A DNA stretch of 64,000 bases, from the NCBI GenBank assembly GCA_000934665.2, contig KZ537983.1, forward strand, positions 62,001 to 126,000, in the 5' to 3' direction. The stretch's first letter is position 1; each line of letters starts with the position of its first letter. Made by a program: the position numbers and the translations under genes. Positions 49,589 to 62,460 of the stretch are shown here, piece by piece. Below the pieces are notes generated by a model. It made no database searches and was not told the origin of the DNA. It worked only from the letters and a program-made list of their open reading frames with translations. The DNA comes from Catajapyx aquilonaris. Its lineage: Eukaryota.

Positions 49589-51418
49589 CCCCCCAACCCC
49601 AGAAATCCACACTCTTTTGCACTTTTGCGAGGGTCCTCTAGGTCGCAGTGCTTTTTCCATCTAGAAACCGGATTAATCCGGGAAAACAAGAGGAAAATGG
49701 GAGTGCTCTGCAGGCAGAGCAGGTTCATTGCATTTGTCAGGAGCGAGGGAAAAAAATCGCAGGCGCTGGCAAAACTCCCCCATCAAGTCTCGCCCGCTCA
49801 GATTTTTCCGGCGCTGTCGGCACTCTTATGAAAATTCTAGCCGAGAGTCCCGGGCACTAGACTGATGGGTTGACTGCAGGATCAGCATGTGGCTCTGATT
49901 TTTACTGGGGCTTTTTTTTGCACTTCGACATTATGCGTTCTAATCATTTTAGGTTCTAAATTATGGTGGAGTAACGATATTTTTTTCTCAGTGCAGTGGC
50001 GCAATTTTGCAATGTAAGACTCTAGATCAGGCTGGGGAATATCAACTCACTGCAACATACATAGTATTGTAACAACCACCATAGAAAATTATTCAGTTCT
50101 AGAGTCTATATTTGTACAGTTCTTCCCTTTACCCGAAACTTTAGGCGTATAGTTTAATTAATTCATTAATTGTATAATGTAAGGTCAGGTAAGTTATATT
50201 GGCTTTGTTCCACAGAGCTACCCTTGTTCATTGTTACATTCGCAACCTGGGAAATGTAAGGAAATATTCAGTAGGCGAGAATTTCTGCTTCCATACCCGT
50301 AGAAAGTGAAATTACATATTCTATTTGACTTAGACAAGCATATATACGAGTTAGGGGTTAACAGGTTTAAAATCATTAGAAAATTTACAAATCGGCAACA
50401 AGCTATATTCACAAAAATTATATTAATTGTCGAAAACCCTTACATTACCAGATATCACGTATTATGACTTTATATTTATTCGATGCACTCCTACTCCCTT
50501 TCCTGAGCAAACCTTGTACCGTCCTAACATTCATAATTACTGAATGAGCCTACAATTAGCGCAGCTATAATTATTACGAGAGGGCCGCCATACCGCGGAC
50601 GTTTGAAGGCAACATTTTTCAAAACCAAAGCAAGCTTCTGCAAGTAATGTTGTACTAGTCTGCAGCACGAGCAATTCAATGCATATTTAACAATCCTCAG
50701 GACAATTCCCGTGCATTCATAAGTTTGACGCGTACTATATTATGCCGCGGCTTTCTTATTCATGGAGGATTGCTGGTATATAGCCTACACAGCGTGGAAC
50801 ATAGATGATAAATTACAAAACACCCATCTTACTATACCACTCCTCAGCCCTTAAGAACTTGGTGACCTAGGCAACACTAACATGCAGATCAACCTAGTCA
50901 GCCATGCGAAATTGGCAACGTCGACAAAGTAAATGATGACCTGCCTATATATGCAAAGGGGACGCCCCCTTCTGCGACTTCATCGAACAACCGGAACAGA
51001 CAATCCGGGCTGCTATGGCAACGACTCGCACCATCATCGAAACCTTTTCTACCAATCTCCACCTGATTTCATTTCCATTTCGACCCCCTTTTCCCCCCTA
51101 TTTTTACTTTGCTCACTCTCCTTTCATATTATCATTTATTGCACTCTCCAAGGTGAGTTAAGCTCCATGTTAATCAGCAGACCGTCGAAAATGGAACGAT
51201 TCAATTATAACGTCGCTCAATACCCGTCCGACTATAGACACTGGATCTACCCTTCGGTGTCTCAAAATGAAGGTGTCCATTAAAATAGCAGTAATTTGAT
51301 TGGACTGTAGTTAAATTTATATTGTACTAACTGTGGGTTGTCGGCTGTGCATTCCCCATTCCAAATAATGTAATAATAGTCTAATGTAAATACAAAAATA
51401 TCTGTAATATGGCTATAT

Positions 51419-51564
51419 GGGGGTGGTGGCCAAGATGGTAGCCTAACGTCTCGGCTTGCTGAGTGAAAGGTCCCAGGTTCGATCCCCGCCTGTGATTTCC
51501 CTTTCACCTGCGTCGGGAGGGTCTCTGACCCGCACCTTGGAGGTGTCTGGCAACCTAACCTCCT
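51419..51564 (+). mobile_element. tRNA-derived SINE, 3'-truncated copy
   Basis: A-box TGGCCAAGATGG and B-box GGTTCGATCCC; body shared with 2544-2690. Confidence 0.8.
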
Positions 51565-54500
51565 ATTATATGCATATATGTATATATAATATGAAAACCG
51601 TTGTTTGTGTGATTGACCCCCGTTCTGCGCCGGCGCAATTGGAGGAGGCAGCGCCTCTGGTGGGTGGGAAAAAAGAACCAGTGATTTGTTAAAATTACTG
51701 TCCACTAATGGATGACACACATGGTGCTGCCCGGTGCTGCCTATTCTCAAGAACAACAACTTTGGCAGTTACACGTATTCATCACATTTATCCGCCATCT
51801 TGACACCACCATACAAGGTGTCACATCCAATTTCCCACAATACGTTGCACTTTCCAGCACACCCCGAACTTCCCATCCCCAAAATTTCAGCTAATGGAAT
51901 CATGTGTGAGGCCAATCCATTCTCAAATTGTGAATCCAGGTGGAAATAGAACCTGCTCTATCCATAGTTAAGAGCAAGGCTTGAAGGTGGGGGGTCAATA
52001 AAGGGCCCTCTCTCTGAATTTAGGAGGCTTGGACTGGAACGCGATGCACTTCCCTCCTGCTGACACACACTCAAAATAATGTACTCAGGGCCCCTGCCTG
52101 CAATTGATTCCTTTTTTCCGGAGGGCGGGAATGGAAAACTCAGTAGGCCAGTAGGAATTATGGCCTCTCCGGGGCAATGTTGGAGATTCGCCAAAATGTC
52201 CTCCGGAGAAACACTGGCCAGAGTATAGGCTGGGGGGGAAAAAATTCCAGAGAATGTTATGGATAGAAACTCGACAAAGCGCGTTTCATATTGTGGACAG
52301 CAGCACGTTTTCTTCACCGGCTGACAGATGGCGCCACTCATAGTCAGTGGCTCCTCCATTTAGGGGTGGCAAATATTTCTCTCACATTTTTTCGCAAGCG
52401 ACCCCACGGTCATGTAGTGGGTATTAATTATACGCGGGAAACTGTGTGGTGAAGAGGAAAAGCTCTGTCTCTACAGACTCGTTAATCCGGAGAATATCCC
52501 CCACTCATCTGCATCCATTGTGGCCTCAAAGGGAGAGAGGCAAGCCCACCCCCTGCTTCCATGGTTGCAAAAAAATTTCGAGTGCTGTGCAAATGGAGAC
52601 GAAACATTATCCAAGTCCATTAAGTGTTCTCTTACATCAGAACCGCAACGGTGAGTCCATGGTATGTACAGGATCAATGGCCGCATCATGTTTGGGGGGT
52701 ATTGGGGTATTAATATTAATTAAAAAATAAGTTCGTTAGAGCGTCAAGGACCAGAGGCATGGCTTTACCTATTATTTCTGCTGACCTCATCAAAGGATGG
52801 TCTTTTTGATCTTGATGCTGCGGGAGGGCTTTAACGTTGTGCAGGTTGTCCATTTAGGCTTGGCCATTATTCATACCCGGGCGTAAGGTAAGTTTGCACT
52901 CACAACGTGCAAATAGAGGTTACATTTAGTACCCCCATGTCCTGCTCGCTTCATGGGATGAGCAAAAAATAAATGTAAAACTATTGCTCAAAAAGAGTCA
53001 ACATGTCGAGTATTCTCTGTACAGAGCTTCTCATTCAGGTCATTGCACTTTCCCCAGCCTACTCTGGGAGAAGCTCAATGATGTGCAAGGCTTTGTATGA
53101 ACTGAACAGCGCTGAATCAAGTATGTGACCATTTTGCCAATACCACTGACTGGGCGTAGCTCACAAAGTGCCACCGCCCTACCTAATTGATGGATTACAC
53201 CATAATTCACCAGAGGTGTCCCCCACATCAATGCATCCTTCCTGGCAAGTTCCGTCAGCCTGGATACACATATATTCCTGGATAAAAATGAACCTCGTGT
53301 ACCTTTGTCCATGTTTCTCGATTTTCCGTCAGTTACAGCCCTTCCTTTGTATGCTCCTTGTGCACAACATCTCTCCCTAAATAACGCAGTTTAAAACCCT
53401 TCAGGGCCGCATACACTGCTGCAACACACTCCAGTGTCGCCCATGTACTCAGAACAACCAGCTCCCTTTGGAAAAGGGGTTTTAAATTACTAATAAGGTT
53501 GAAAAGTAGGGGAAAGTAAGCTTCAAACCAGAAGGGCTTGTGTGAAAGACTTTCTTTCCACCGAGTTCATGTAATATTCTCTTCAAAATGAAACATTACA
53601 GAACTCCAAGCAATTTTCTTCCAGTAATACCATCCAGCTGCTAGACTAGCTAGAGGATTTTCCCCAAAATAATGTAGACTCGTATTCATTTCCATGTGCT
53701 ACACGTTAGCTCTCGTTCCTGACAAATTCTACCTCTACCGGAAATCCCCTTTGTGATATCCTACAATCCTTTTTCTTCTTGTGTATACCAAAGCTAGGGA
53801 GAGAAAGAGAGATGCTTTTGTTCCCCGGGTTGTAAAATGTGGAACGAATGTAATCTTTCGTGAGGACATTTCCGCAAAAAAGAATCAATAATGATGCCAT
53901 TTTTCTCCCTTTTTTATACCCAGAGAGTTAAGGCTCAGATGCTCGGACTATCTGCTGCAACTGTGGTCCAATACTCTGTGAATAAACAAAATCCACCACC
54001 GGAATATTCAAGCTTACTGGTAGGATTTACTACTACACAGTGTATACGTAATGTCGTCAAATCCTGAGAGAAACAGTGCAATATAAGCCACCTTGTTACA
54101 GACTAATATACAGTAGTAAAAATTTCAACCTACAGCAGAATGAACAAGAAGTTGGAAAAATTTATTGTCGAAAAGGTATACACCTGACCATACAATTTCT
54201 GTACTTAACATTCAATTGCATCGTACTAGTTTCATAGAGCCATACAAAAAAATCCAATATCTCCCCCAAATTCCAAACACGTATTTGAAGAAATCCCCCT
54301 CTAAATAACTCCTGGGCAATAAACGCTTCCTCCGACCACACACGGGGCAAAAGGCATAAATGTCCAAATTAAGCCATAACTCCTTTTTCCCTAAAAGCAG
54401 ATCCACATTTTGCTTCTGTTCTGCCCTGGAGACAGTATTTCCCCTCCTTCATTCTTTAATCATTTGAAAGGCTGGGTGAGGGGTAGATGTCAGCATGTCA

Positions 54501-54942
54501 TAACCCCTCGAGAGTGGAAGAACCGGGGGTAGGGCGTCAGCTGGAACCAGTTCAAAGACTTTACCTCATTTGGGCCGAAAAGTGGCTAAAGGCCAGCCAT
54601 TGCTTACACCTGAGCCATGGAATTAGAATATCCGGCGCGCCGGGTTGTGCAAACATGTTGTACAATCCAAGTGAAAAGTTGGACCAAACACTTACATTTT
54701 AAACAATTTCATATAATATTATACAGCCAAAGTCTGAATAAAATGTTGAAGGCATATTCAACTCGAACGAGCTTGGCTCAGCCCAAGTCGGCAGAACAAA
54801 GTACCGTGTAGCCCTCTAAACGTCGTTGGGACCGGCGATAAGATTCCCACAGGTCGTCCTTTCCTGGCGAGACAAGCTCGAAAAATCCACCCACAAAGTA
54901 CAGTGACAGAGATGTCAACAGGGAGTCAACCCCCCCCCCCCC

Positions 54943-54958
54943 NNNNNNNNNNNNNNNN
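54943..54958. other. Assembly gap (16 N) next to a poly-C run
   Basis: Directly visible. Single Ns also sit in poly-C runs near 23368, 24606 and 25169. Confidence 0.98.
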
Positions 54959-56122
54959 CTGTATCCATTTTCCTCTTTCTTGAAAACTCAGAGTGAAATG
55001 TTGGCATTCGCACATTTTTAACAATAAATCCTCAATCTTACTACCACATCTACGAGAAGTTCATACATTGCCAGTGACACTAAAGACATGATGATAATAT
55101 GGTGAATGACCTCTTATATTATTTAAACGAACTGCATTTTCACCACAATTGACATTCGCTATCTATAGCAATCGCTGCTATAGACAAAAGTGTGATTTGG
55201 GTTATTCATTATCCAGATTGCTGTAGCATGTGATGTTGATAAGCACGCCTTTTCCCGCATAGGAGGCGCCAGCAAATGTCATTTCAGGACACGACAATGA
55301 AAAAACATCATTAAAAACCCACAAAAAAAATCTTGGTCATGTCGAATCAACAATCCCACAAAATTAGCAACCCCCCTTAATTATCCAGCAAATGCTTCAT
55401 CCCAGCCACCCTATCCATCAAACTTTTATTCCGCTACCCAGCACTCTGATAAATCGTCAATTATTTATCACGATAGATATAGTAATCTGCAATTCACATT
55501 TGCTTTGAAGAGCATATGTACCGTGGTTTAATTAACCCCCAGTCCGAACTTTTGCACCAGCTTTTAATCCCATACTTTGCAAGGGACCGACTACAGCAGA
55601 TAATGATTCCAGCCATAAATTAGAATAAATCAGTTTAACAACTTTCGCCGTCAATCGGAAACTACCCAACTCGACCCGGATAATACGTCACACTACATGT
55701 CCCCATATCTCAAAAAAACGGCAAGTGCCTTCAATGGGCCATCAGTTGAAAATGCCTTGAGGAAGTTGGCGTATTTTAGGGGGGGGGAGGGGGGTTAGTT
55801 GAAGGGGCGTGGCACAAAATGCGAACGGCAAAGAGCGATAACCGCGTCTCTCCGGTGGGAAAATAGTAAAAGGGGTTGCGATGGAGAAACGTGGACGCTC
55901 GTGTTGGTGATCAATAACTGCTGGGGACGAAGGGTGAAGGGGGTTTCCACAGTGGTTTTCCAGGCTGGAGGGGGGTATGGGGAGGTCTACCCCCTCCGGA
56001 GCATCTATAGTCACAACATAAACGCAGACGAATGGTATCGTACATTTATCTAGTTGACAACTAGAGTCCAAACGTGCACTATACAGGCTTAGGTGAAAAA
56101 TGTAAAAAATTCTGCCGAACTT

Positions 56123-56303
56123 TGTTTCAACTAGTGAGGTTTGACCTCCTCAGGTCATTCCTCTGACCCCGTAAGGTTCAATAACAGAACGGGTTTATTA
56201 AAATGGCCTGCAATCAGACCCCAACACGACTGAATACACAAAAGCGCTCTCCCCCTGGTCCCCCACCGCCATACGCTACTGCCAACTAATGAGGAACGTC
56301 ACA
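56123..56303 (-). mobile_element. Solo-LTR-like repeat family, copy 3 (diverged)
   Basis: TGACCTCCTCAGGTCAT..CTGACCCCG.AAGG..CAATAA, ACAAAAG.GC.CTCCC and a GTCACA end, all shared with 59418-59601. Confidence 0.55.
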
Positions 56304-56309
56304 AATTAA

Positions 56310-56793
56310 AGGGACACTCAACTCAAAATGCAAGTTGGGCTCTAAAAATCGGGCAAAAAATCCTGATTCCGATGGTATAAGCAGTTTTTCTGAGAGACGA
56401 ACGGTAAGGCCAGGGCGAGCCGTCAAAATTCGGCAATTTGTATCTGCCCCTAAACATCAGCAGCGCCTCCACCGGGACTTGGCAGAAACTGTCCAGAGGT
56501 CGCGCCAGGGTAGAGCAATCTTTGGTCCGTGTCACAGCTTCATCCGGACACCTCCCGACCCGACCAGACTTATGACACCTCACCAGTTTCGCCTAGTGCC
56601 CGGTGGCGGCGCGCGCGGCGGGGGCGGACTGGACTGGAGGGGCACCTCACTAGCGCACGATGCAAATTCTGAGACTTTAACGCCTCATCCGGGCTTTTCC
56701 GTTACGCATAGAAAAAAACCGATTGCACCATCGGAATCAAGATTTTTTGCCCGATTTTTAGAGCCCAACTTGCATTTTGAGCGGAGTGTGGCT
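56310..56793. mobile_element. Non-autonomous Kolobok-like DNA transposon (MITE)
   Basis: TTAA on both sides, termini AGGGACACTC / GAGTGTGGCT, and imperfect TIRs of about 80 bp (CTCAAAATGCAAGTTGGGCTCTAAAAATCGGGCAAAAAATC). A TTAA TSD with an RR terminus is the Kolobok pattern. Confidence 0.8.
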
Positions 56794-59417
56794 TTAAAGA
56801 AATCTACATTATGTTACTGCATAGCAACTGCGCGAAATTAGTCGGCTATACATTAAGTGCTTATCTACCTGACAGCATACCTTTGCTTCTTTTTCCTATA
56901 TTCGGCACCAAATGTGTCTTAGGCACGACAATGGTCACATTTTATGTTCGATGTTAAGTGTAGCGTTATCGTCAAGTTTCCTGGACAGTTTCAAGCTGTT
57001 ATGGTGTTCGGCACGCACTCGTTATCTTTAATCAGTTTACTTAAAGGTGATAACATCGACGCTTTTTGCACCGTATTCAATCATTAATAGAGCTATCAGT
57101 AGCGTCGCTCACGTTTTACCACAGCTCGCTTTCATTTTCGCTTCAAACTATCATTAATTCAAAAATAATTATGCACAAATAAACATCGCTTTCACATTAG
57201 AGTACTGCAATGCATCATCAAAATGTGACACGAAGTGACAACGTGTGGTCGATATTTTCTTAATATCGTACACTGTATAGTACGGATATAATGCAATTCA
57301 ATATGAAATCTTGATACTGCATTGCCCTAGTTACATGCACACCCGTGTGACTGGTGGCCTGAACCAACACCCTCGTTACATCATGAATGTACAGAACACT
57401 CCAGTTAAAACATCATTAATATTCATGCCACATTGTTTAATTTTTCACTTCACTTGGGAAACAAAAATAAGTGAAAGGACACGGCCCTATACCGCAGACC
57501 CAAATGTACCACTTCAGCTACGGGCATACCCCACCGCATCATTAGCTGAATAATCTATTAGCAGGAAAACCGTTCAGTGCAACATCACCCAGATTTCTTC
57601 CGCCACACATTTGTTAGTGTACCGAGTGGGAGTGGGTTTACAGCGTTACCCATCGTCAGAACATGAACTTCACAAACCCCAAATTTTGTGGCCCATTACG
57701 CCTCCCCCACCCCCCACCCCTGTCCCAACCCCGCCCCTGTCCCAAATCCGTCGGATTCGTGGGAATGTGTATTTGCAAAATCCGAGCAGGGTATTACACA
57801 GAGTACAGTATATCACGACTGGTAATTACTGGAACGAGGCACTACATCTCCCATAATGTTGCGGACAAACCTCCCAAAGTTTGCCAGGTCGCCACGAGCA
57901 GCGCTGCTGTCATTTGGGAGTTTGTGTCGTGTTGCAGCCGACATAAACAGATTGTCTGCATCTCCGCCATGACTGACCTTATAGGGTCAAATGTGATGAC
58001 CTAGGAGGCCATCCATCACAGTATACACATACGTGCTGCAATTACGCCTCGACGGATCCGCCGTATAAATGTGTATTTACAAAATCCAGGCTGCGTATTG
58101 CTGCGTGTCGTATCAAAACTGATTTGCAACCATTAATTGGCTTCATTAGGGCACACCGTTTGGTTTATAGGCCTGGGCTTTTACATCGATCGTCCCCCTA
58201 AACTCCTGGACCTTTTGGACCTGTTTCAACACCTAAAGCCGTGCGTAAACGGTTAAGAGGACGTGAGCTGGTTGCCAATCTATTCTCAGCATTTATCATT
58301 CCTATTGTTCGCCAACCAGATGCCCTTGTTTCAATTTGCATGAGAGGAAACTCCATTCCTACTCCTGTGGCAAAGTGCACTTCATTCAATATAAATGAGC
58401 AGCACTCTGCAACATGCTGGGTGTGTATGTCATTTGTTTGCACAGCTTTGTAAATGTTTGCTGAAATTTCAATGACCTTTCTTGTGTGCGGAACTGGCTG
58501 GCAGCCAGCCTGTAGTTTTGCAAACTGTAATATTGTTTGTTCCAAAATTCAATCCTACGTGTTACGGTATTTGATTACGTAGATATGCCCATTTCGTCCA
58601 AGGGGATTCAGTCAGTACTATACACAGCCGCATCCTGCAATATTAAATATGGAGCCTTCCAGCAAAATGGAACAAAGTTGAAAAAAAAACTATTATAGTA
58701 ATCCAGATCTAGGTTGATGCTATTCTTGCATCTGTGCGCCTCTCTAGCTCTGGAGGGCACTATGGAGATTATGGACGCACTGAATCATCCTCTTCGTAAA
58801 CAATTCAGTGCAGAGGCATTTTTCAATTCATGTTGACTACAATGTGCGGTCTTTGTAATGAACCAAAATAAAAACCCGCATGTATTCTGCTCGCCTTGAT
58901 GAAACGTTACTGTTAAAAAAAAACTTCTGGCTTTAATCCTTCGTAAAAAGGCTCCAATTACGCCCGCATTATAACAGCGGCTTTACGCCATGACCTACGT
59001 AAATCCCCATATTCGGAGGCCCTAAAACATCCCACGAGAGATCCCATCTAAATATGCTGGATACGACCAGAAACACAAAAGCGCCTACTCCCTTGAAAAA
59101 ATTTGCTCTGGTTCATAATTGCCGTTCCCTTAGCCACAGGGGAGTTTCTCTGAGAAACAGGGCGTAATCTGGCCGTCATTTGCAACCATGGCTACTTAGA
59201 CACCTTCCACCCCCTGTGTCCAGCCGCAATTCCCAAGCTGACAGCTGGGTTGGACTGACCATGTGCCTGAAACAACCAGATGCAAATCCGGATCCAGGAC
59301 TCCGGACTATAACTTGTTGCTGGTTCCCGGGGCATAATTCCCATAGTGGAAAAGGGAAATCATGGTAGACTCGGTAAATTCCGCTATTTCTAACACTCAC
59401 GTGTGTATTTTCAGGGC

Positions 59418-59601
59418 TGACCTCCTAAGGTCATCTCTCCTGACCCCGCAAGGGTCGTGGTCCAATAATACATAAGTTCGGAGCAACCCATTTATTACGA
59501 CCAACCCGGAACCAGCCCGTCTCACGACTGACTCATACAAAAGAGCCCTCCCCACCAGGTCCACACCCAGACGCCACTGCCCTCTAGTGAGGGGCGTCAC
59601 A
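59418..59601 (-). mobile_element. Solo-LTR-like repeat family, copy 4
   Basis: Minus strand starts TGTGACG and contains AATAAA; clearly homologous to 38820-38983. Confidence 0.65.
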
Positions 59602-60402
59602 CATTCAAGGCAAAGACATCGACGCCCGATCCCTATAAAAATATGTAAAATTAATATGACCAAACCAGTTACACATGAATAGTTACGGACATTAGAGCTA
59701 AAGTTATTGCACTGCAGTGCAATGTTTGTCATCAAAAACTGATCGCTTTATGACTCCTAGCTGGCGTGAAACTAATTACAACTGAGCGTGCAAATTAATA
59801 CCACACTGCATTCGGGTTTATTATAATGTTAATTTCACAAAACCTCATTATTATCAGAAAATTTCCAAATCGTGATGAAGTTCATGTGACAGATTATTAT
59901 CGCTACCATATTAACAATTCGACTCTATAATCATTTCGACAGGATGCCCCACCGTACTTCTCTGGAATTTCAAGTCCGCGTGTCCTCTCTGACTGCATGG
60001 TACCAGTATTAATTACCAGCCATATCGGTGTGAAACGCAAAGATGTATTTTTTATCAAATTCCTGCCAACCCACACCAATCGCACGCAACTTCCTTCCTA
60101 AGGAGTCAAGAGGCGTGTCTTTCAGATGACCGATTGATTCCAATTTCTTGTACTAAAATTGTACATCCTGTACCATCAACTGCAAATCACGAAAATGGCT
60201 CCCTGCACAACAATGAATCGCGTGCCAGCGCAACATTACAACAGGCAGTATACAGGGTGTGCTAAAAGCTGCCTCCACAAACAAAGCACGACCTCTATAT
60301 GCTCTCTAGTTCACCCTGTACATTTCCTGCTTCTCTGAACACCAATCGTACAAAGATGCTGAGAACAGCCTGAATCATACCAGGAAGGGAGAGCATACTC
60401 AC

Positions 60403-60513
60403 GGCTTCCTTTGATGATACCTGCATTCAGCCTCCCTACTGGCTCAGGATGAATCATTAAATCTGTGAAAGATGATGAGGATGGTGGCAGGGGAACGGAA
60501 GATTTGATGGAAC
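60403..60513 (-). CDS. Candidate upstream Nrk/MuSK exon (Ser/Pro-rich, 111 nt)
   Basis: tttcatgtag acceptor and gtgagt donor, open frame GSIKSSVPLPPSSSSFTDLMIHPEPVGRLNAGIIKGS. Phase 1-1 joins the Ig1 exon in frame. No homology support. Confidence 0.5.
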
Positions 60514-62328
60514 CTACATGAAATTGAAGTTTCCCCCCCTCACGAATTCTATTGTCAACATTGGATCTCAATTTTTGGAAGCTTTTATTTCCAACCCTTA
60601 ATTCCTTCCCCCTTGAGGTTTGGGTGTACCTAAGTTAATCGGGCTGCAACTAATTGATTTCACAAAAAAAAAAAAAACCTATTAGGCTTATGGGATTTCT
60701 TTTTCCTACTTTTGCTTCTTATGGGGCTGTACAGCACCGTAATGGCTCCCCATTCGTTCAGGCTCGAATGACGTTATTTACTGTTTGGTGTCGTCGTATT
60801 TTTGCATTTACTGGCAGTCAAAATTAAGGCGAGGATTGAAAAAAACCACCTCTGTTGCCTCGTTATGAAAGCAAACTGCGAGAAACGTTATTTCAGCACC
60901 TTTCTTATATACAGGGTGCTGCAAAAGTAGGTGCCACAACAGGTTTAAATTTCAAAAATCATTATAGCACTGAATAGGTGACCGCTTGGCCTATCCATTA
61001 CATGCTCGGTGCACAATTATTAGCCAAATCATGTGGAATCACCCCTAACCATTACACATTTTTTCCCTCCAAAAAATCAATTTCAGGCCACAACCGGTCT
61101 CATTTCAACCGCTGCAAAGATCGGAACCGTCCAAGCTTTAAAACCGTCCACCTCTCACATGAACCAGAAACGTGCAGATATGCACGATCTGGCATCGAAC
61201 GTGACTCCAATTTGCGTGCGACCCTTCCCTCAAAAAAAGGACCGGACCTGAACCCAAAAAACTAGAATGTAACCAACGACGTGAGATGGGCGTTACTAGA
61301 ATGTCAAACACTGTCGTGAAATGGATCAGCAAGATGGCAGTAGTATCGCCATGTCCACAACATTCCGATCCACAGTATAAAGGACACTTTTGGAGGCACG
61401 AACACCCTCTAAAAAACATCTCCCACCCTAACCTCATTCCAGAACCCTATTTCGAGCTCCCTATTGAAAATTCCCCAGGGCATATTCAAGCGTCATATAA
61501 AAGGTGAATACCCTGCAACTAAGCAACTAGGGCTAGGAAACCCTACGCAATGTCATGCAGAAACTGAATTGCACAAAACGGCCCTCGACATCCAACCATG
61601 GCGGAAACTCCTGGGATTTATTATGCGCAACACTGATGAATTGTGCGAGAGGGGGGGATGGGCTATAGATCGCTGTTATTAATGCAGCACAAGCTAACTA
61701 AATGCGAAACTCTATTATCCTGACAGCTCTTTGGCTCAAATATGCCCTAATTGCCGTTGCTCGCCATTTTTAATCCATTCTTGTCCTGTAGCTAAGCAGC
61801 GTCTTAATCCTGCCAGAAATGATAAAGTCATTCTATTAGACGAGCACCAAAACTTTCGCTAACTTCTGCCTGAATATAGAGAGATGTACTGCCTAATAGT
61901 TATGGAATGGGAACGTCGCCTCTAGTGCAAGAACTGCATAATCCAAGATATGTAAATGCGCCGAGCTGGAGGGGAAGAGTTGCACAGTATTTGCATCAAA
62001 ATACTACCAAGCTCGCTGTTTTAGCCAATATTGGAACATAATATGAGAATATTTCATATCCCAATCGTCCTATATGTTGCCACCGGATCTGTCACGCTTA
62101 TTGGCAATTTTTCCCAGCCTTCTCTATCAGAAAATGTAATCCAACCCTAGACTTTTCCCCCTCTACCATTTCCCAATCCCAAGTATTACATCACCAGGGC
62201 GACTCCCCTCCCCACATTCTATTCAAGCAATGACATGGCCAATTACGAATGTACTGTGCGCAGTTTTGAGTTAAATGGAGCTAAAGTGATGACGTCACGA
62301 CAATAACCAGACTCAGTGATATGTACTA

Positions 62329-62460
62329 TGGGGCTCAAATAATTGTTTTGACCACTTTATCCTGGCCTTGAAGCAACCCTTCGCACAGGCCCCACAGTGA
62401 GGTATGTGTGAAAGGTTGCTTCAAGATCAGGATAAAGTGACCAAAACAATTTGAGCCCCA
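62329..62460. mobile_element. About 130-bp hairpin MITE
   Basis: TGGGGCTCAAA..ATTGTTTTG..CACTTTATCCTG..CTTGAAGCAACC and its reverse complement, with a short loop. Confidence 0.8.

Noticed and set aside
51419..51495. Functional tRNA gene
   Set aside because: It has A and B boxes but no clean cloverleaf, and it continues into a body shared with 2544-2690, so it is a SINE.
52760..53460. Coding-looking stretch that might be a nested gene
   Set aside because: Short frames interrupted by stops, with nothing recognisable.
58198..58545. 115-aa ORF, or a Cys-rich piggyBac-like tail on the + strand
   Set aside because: No convincing domain, splice context or TIRs.
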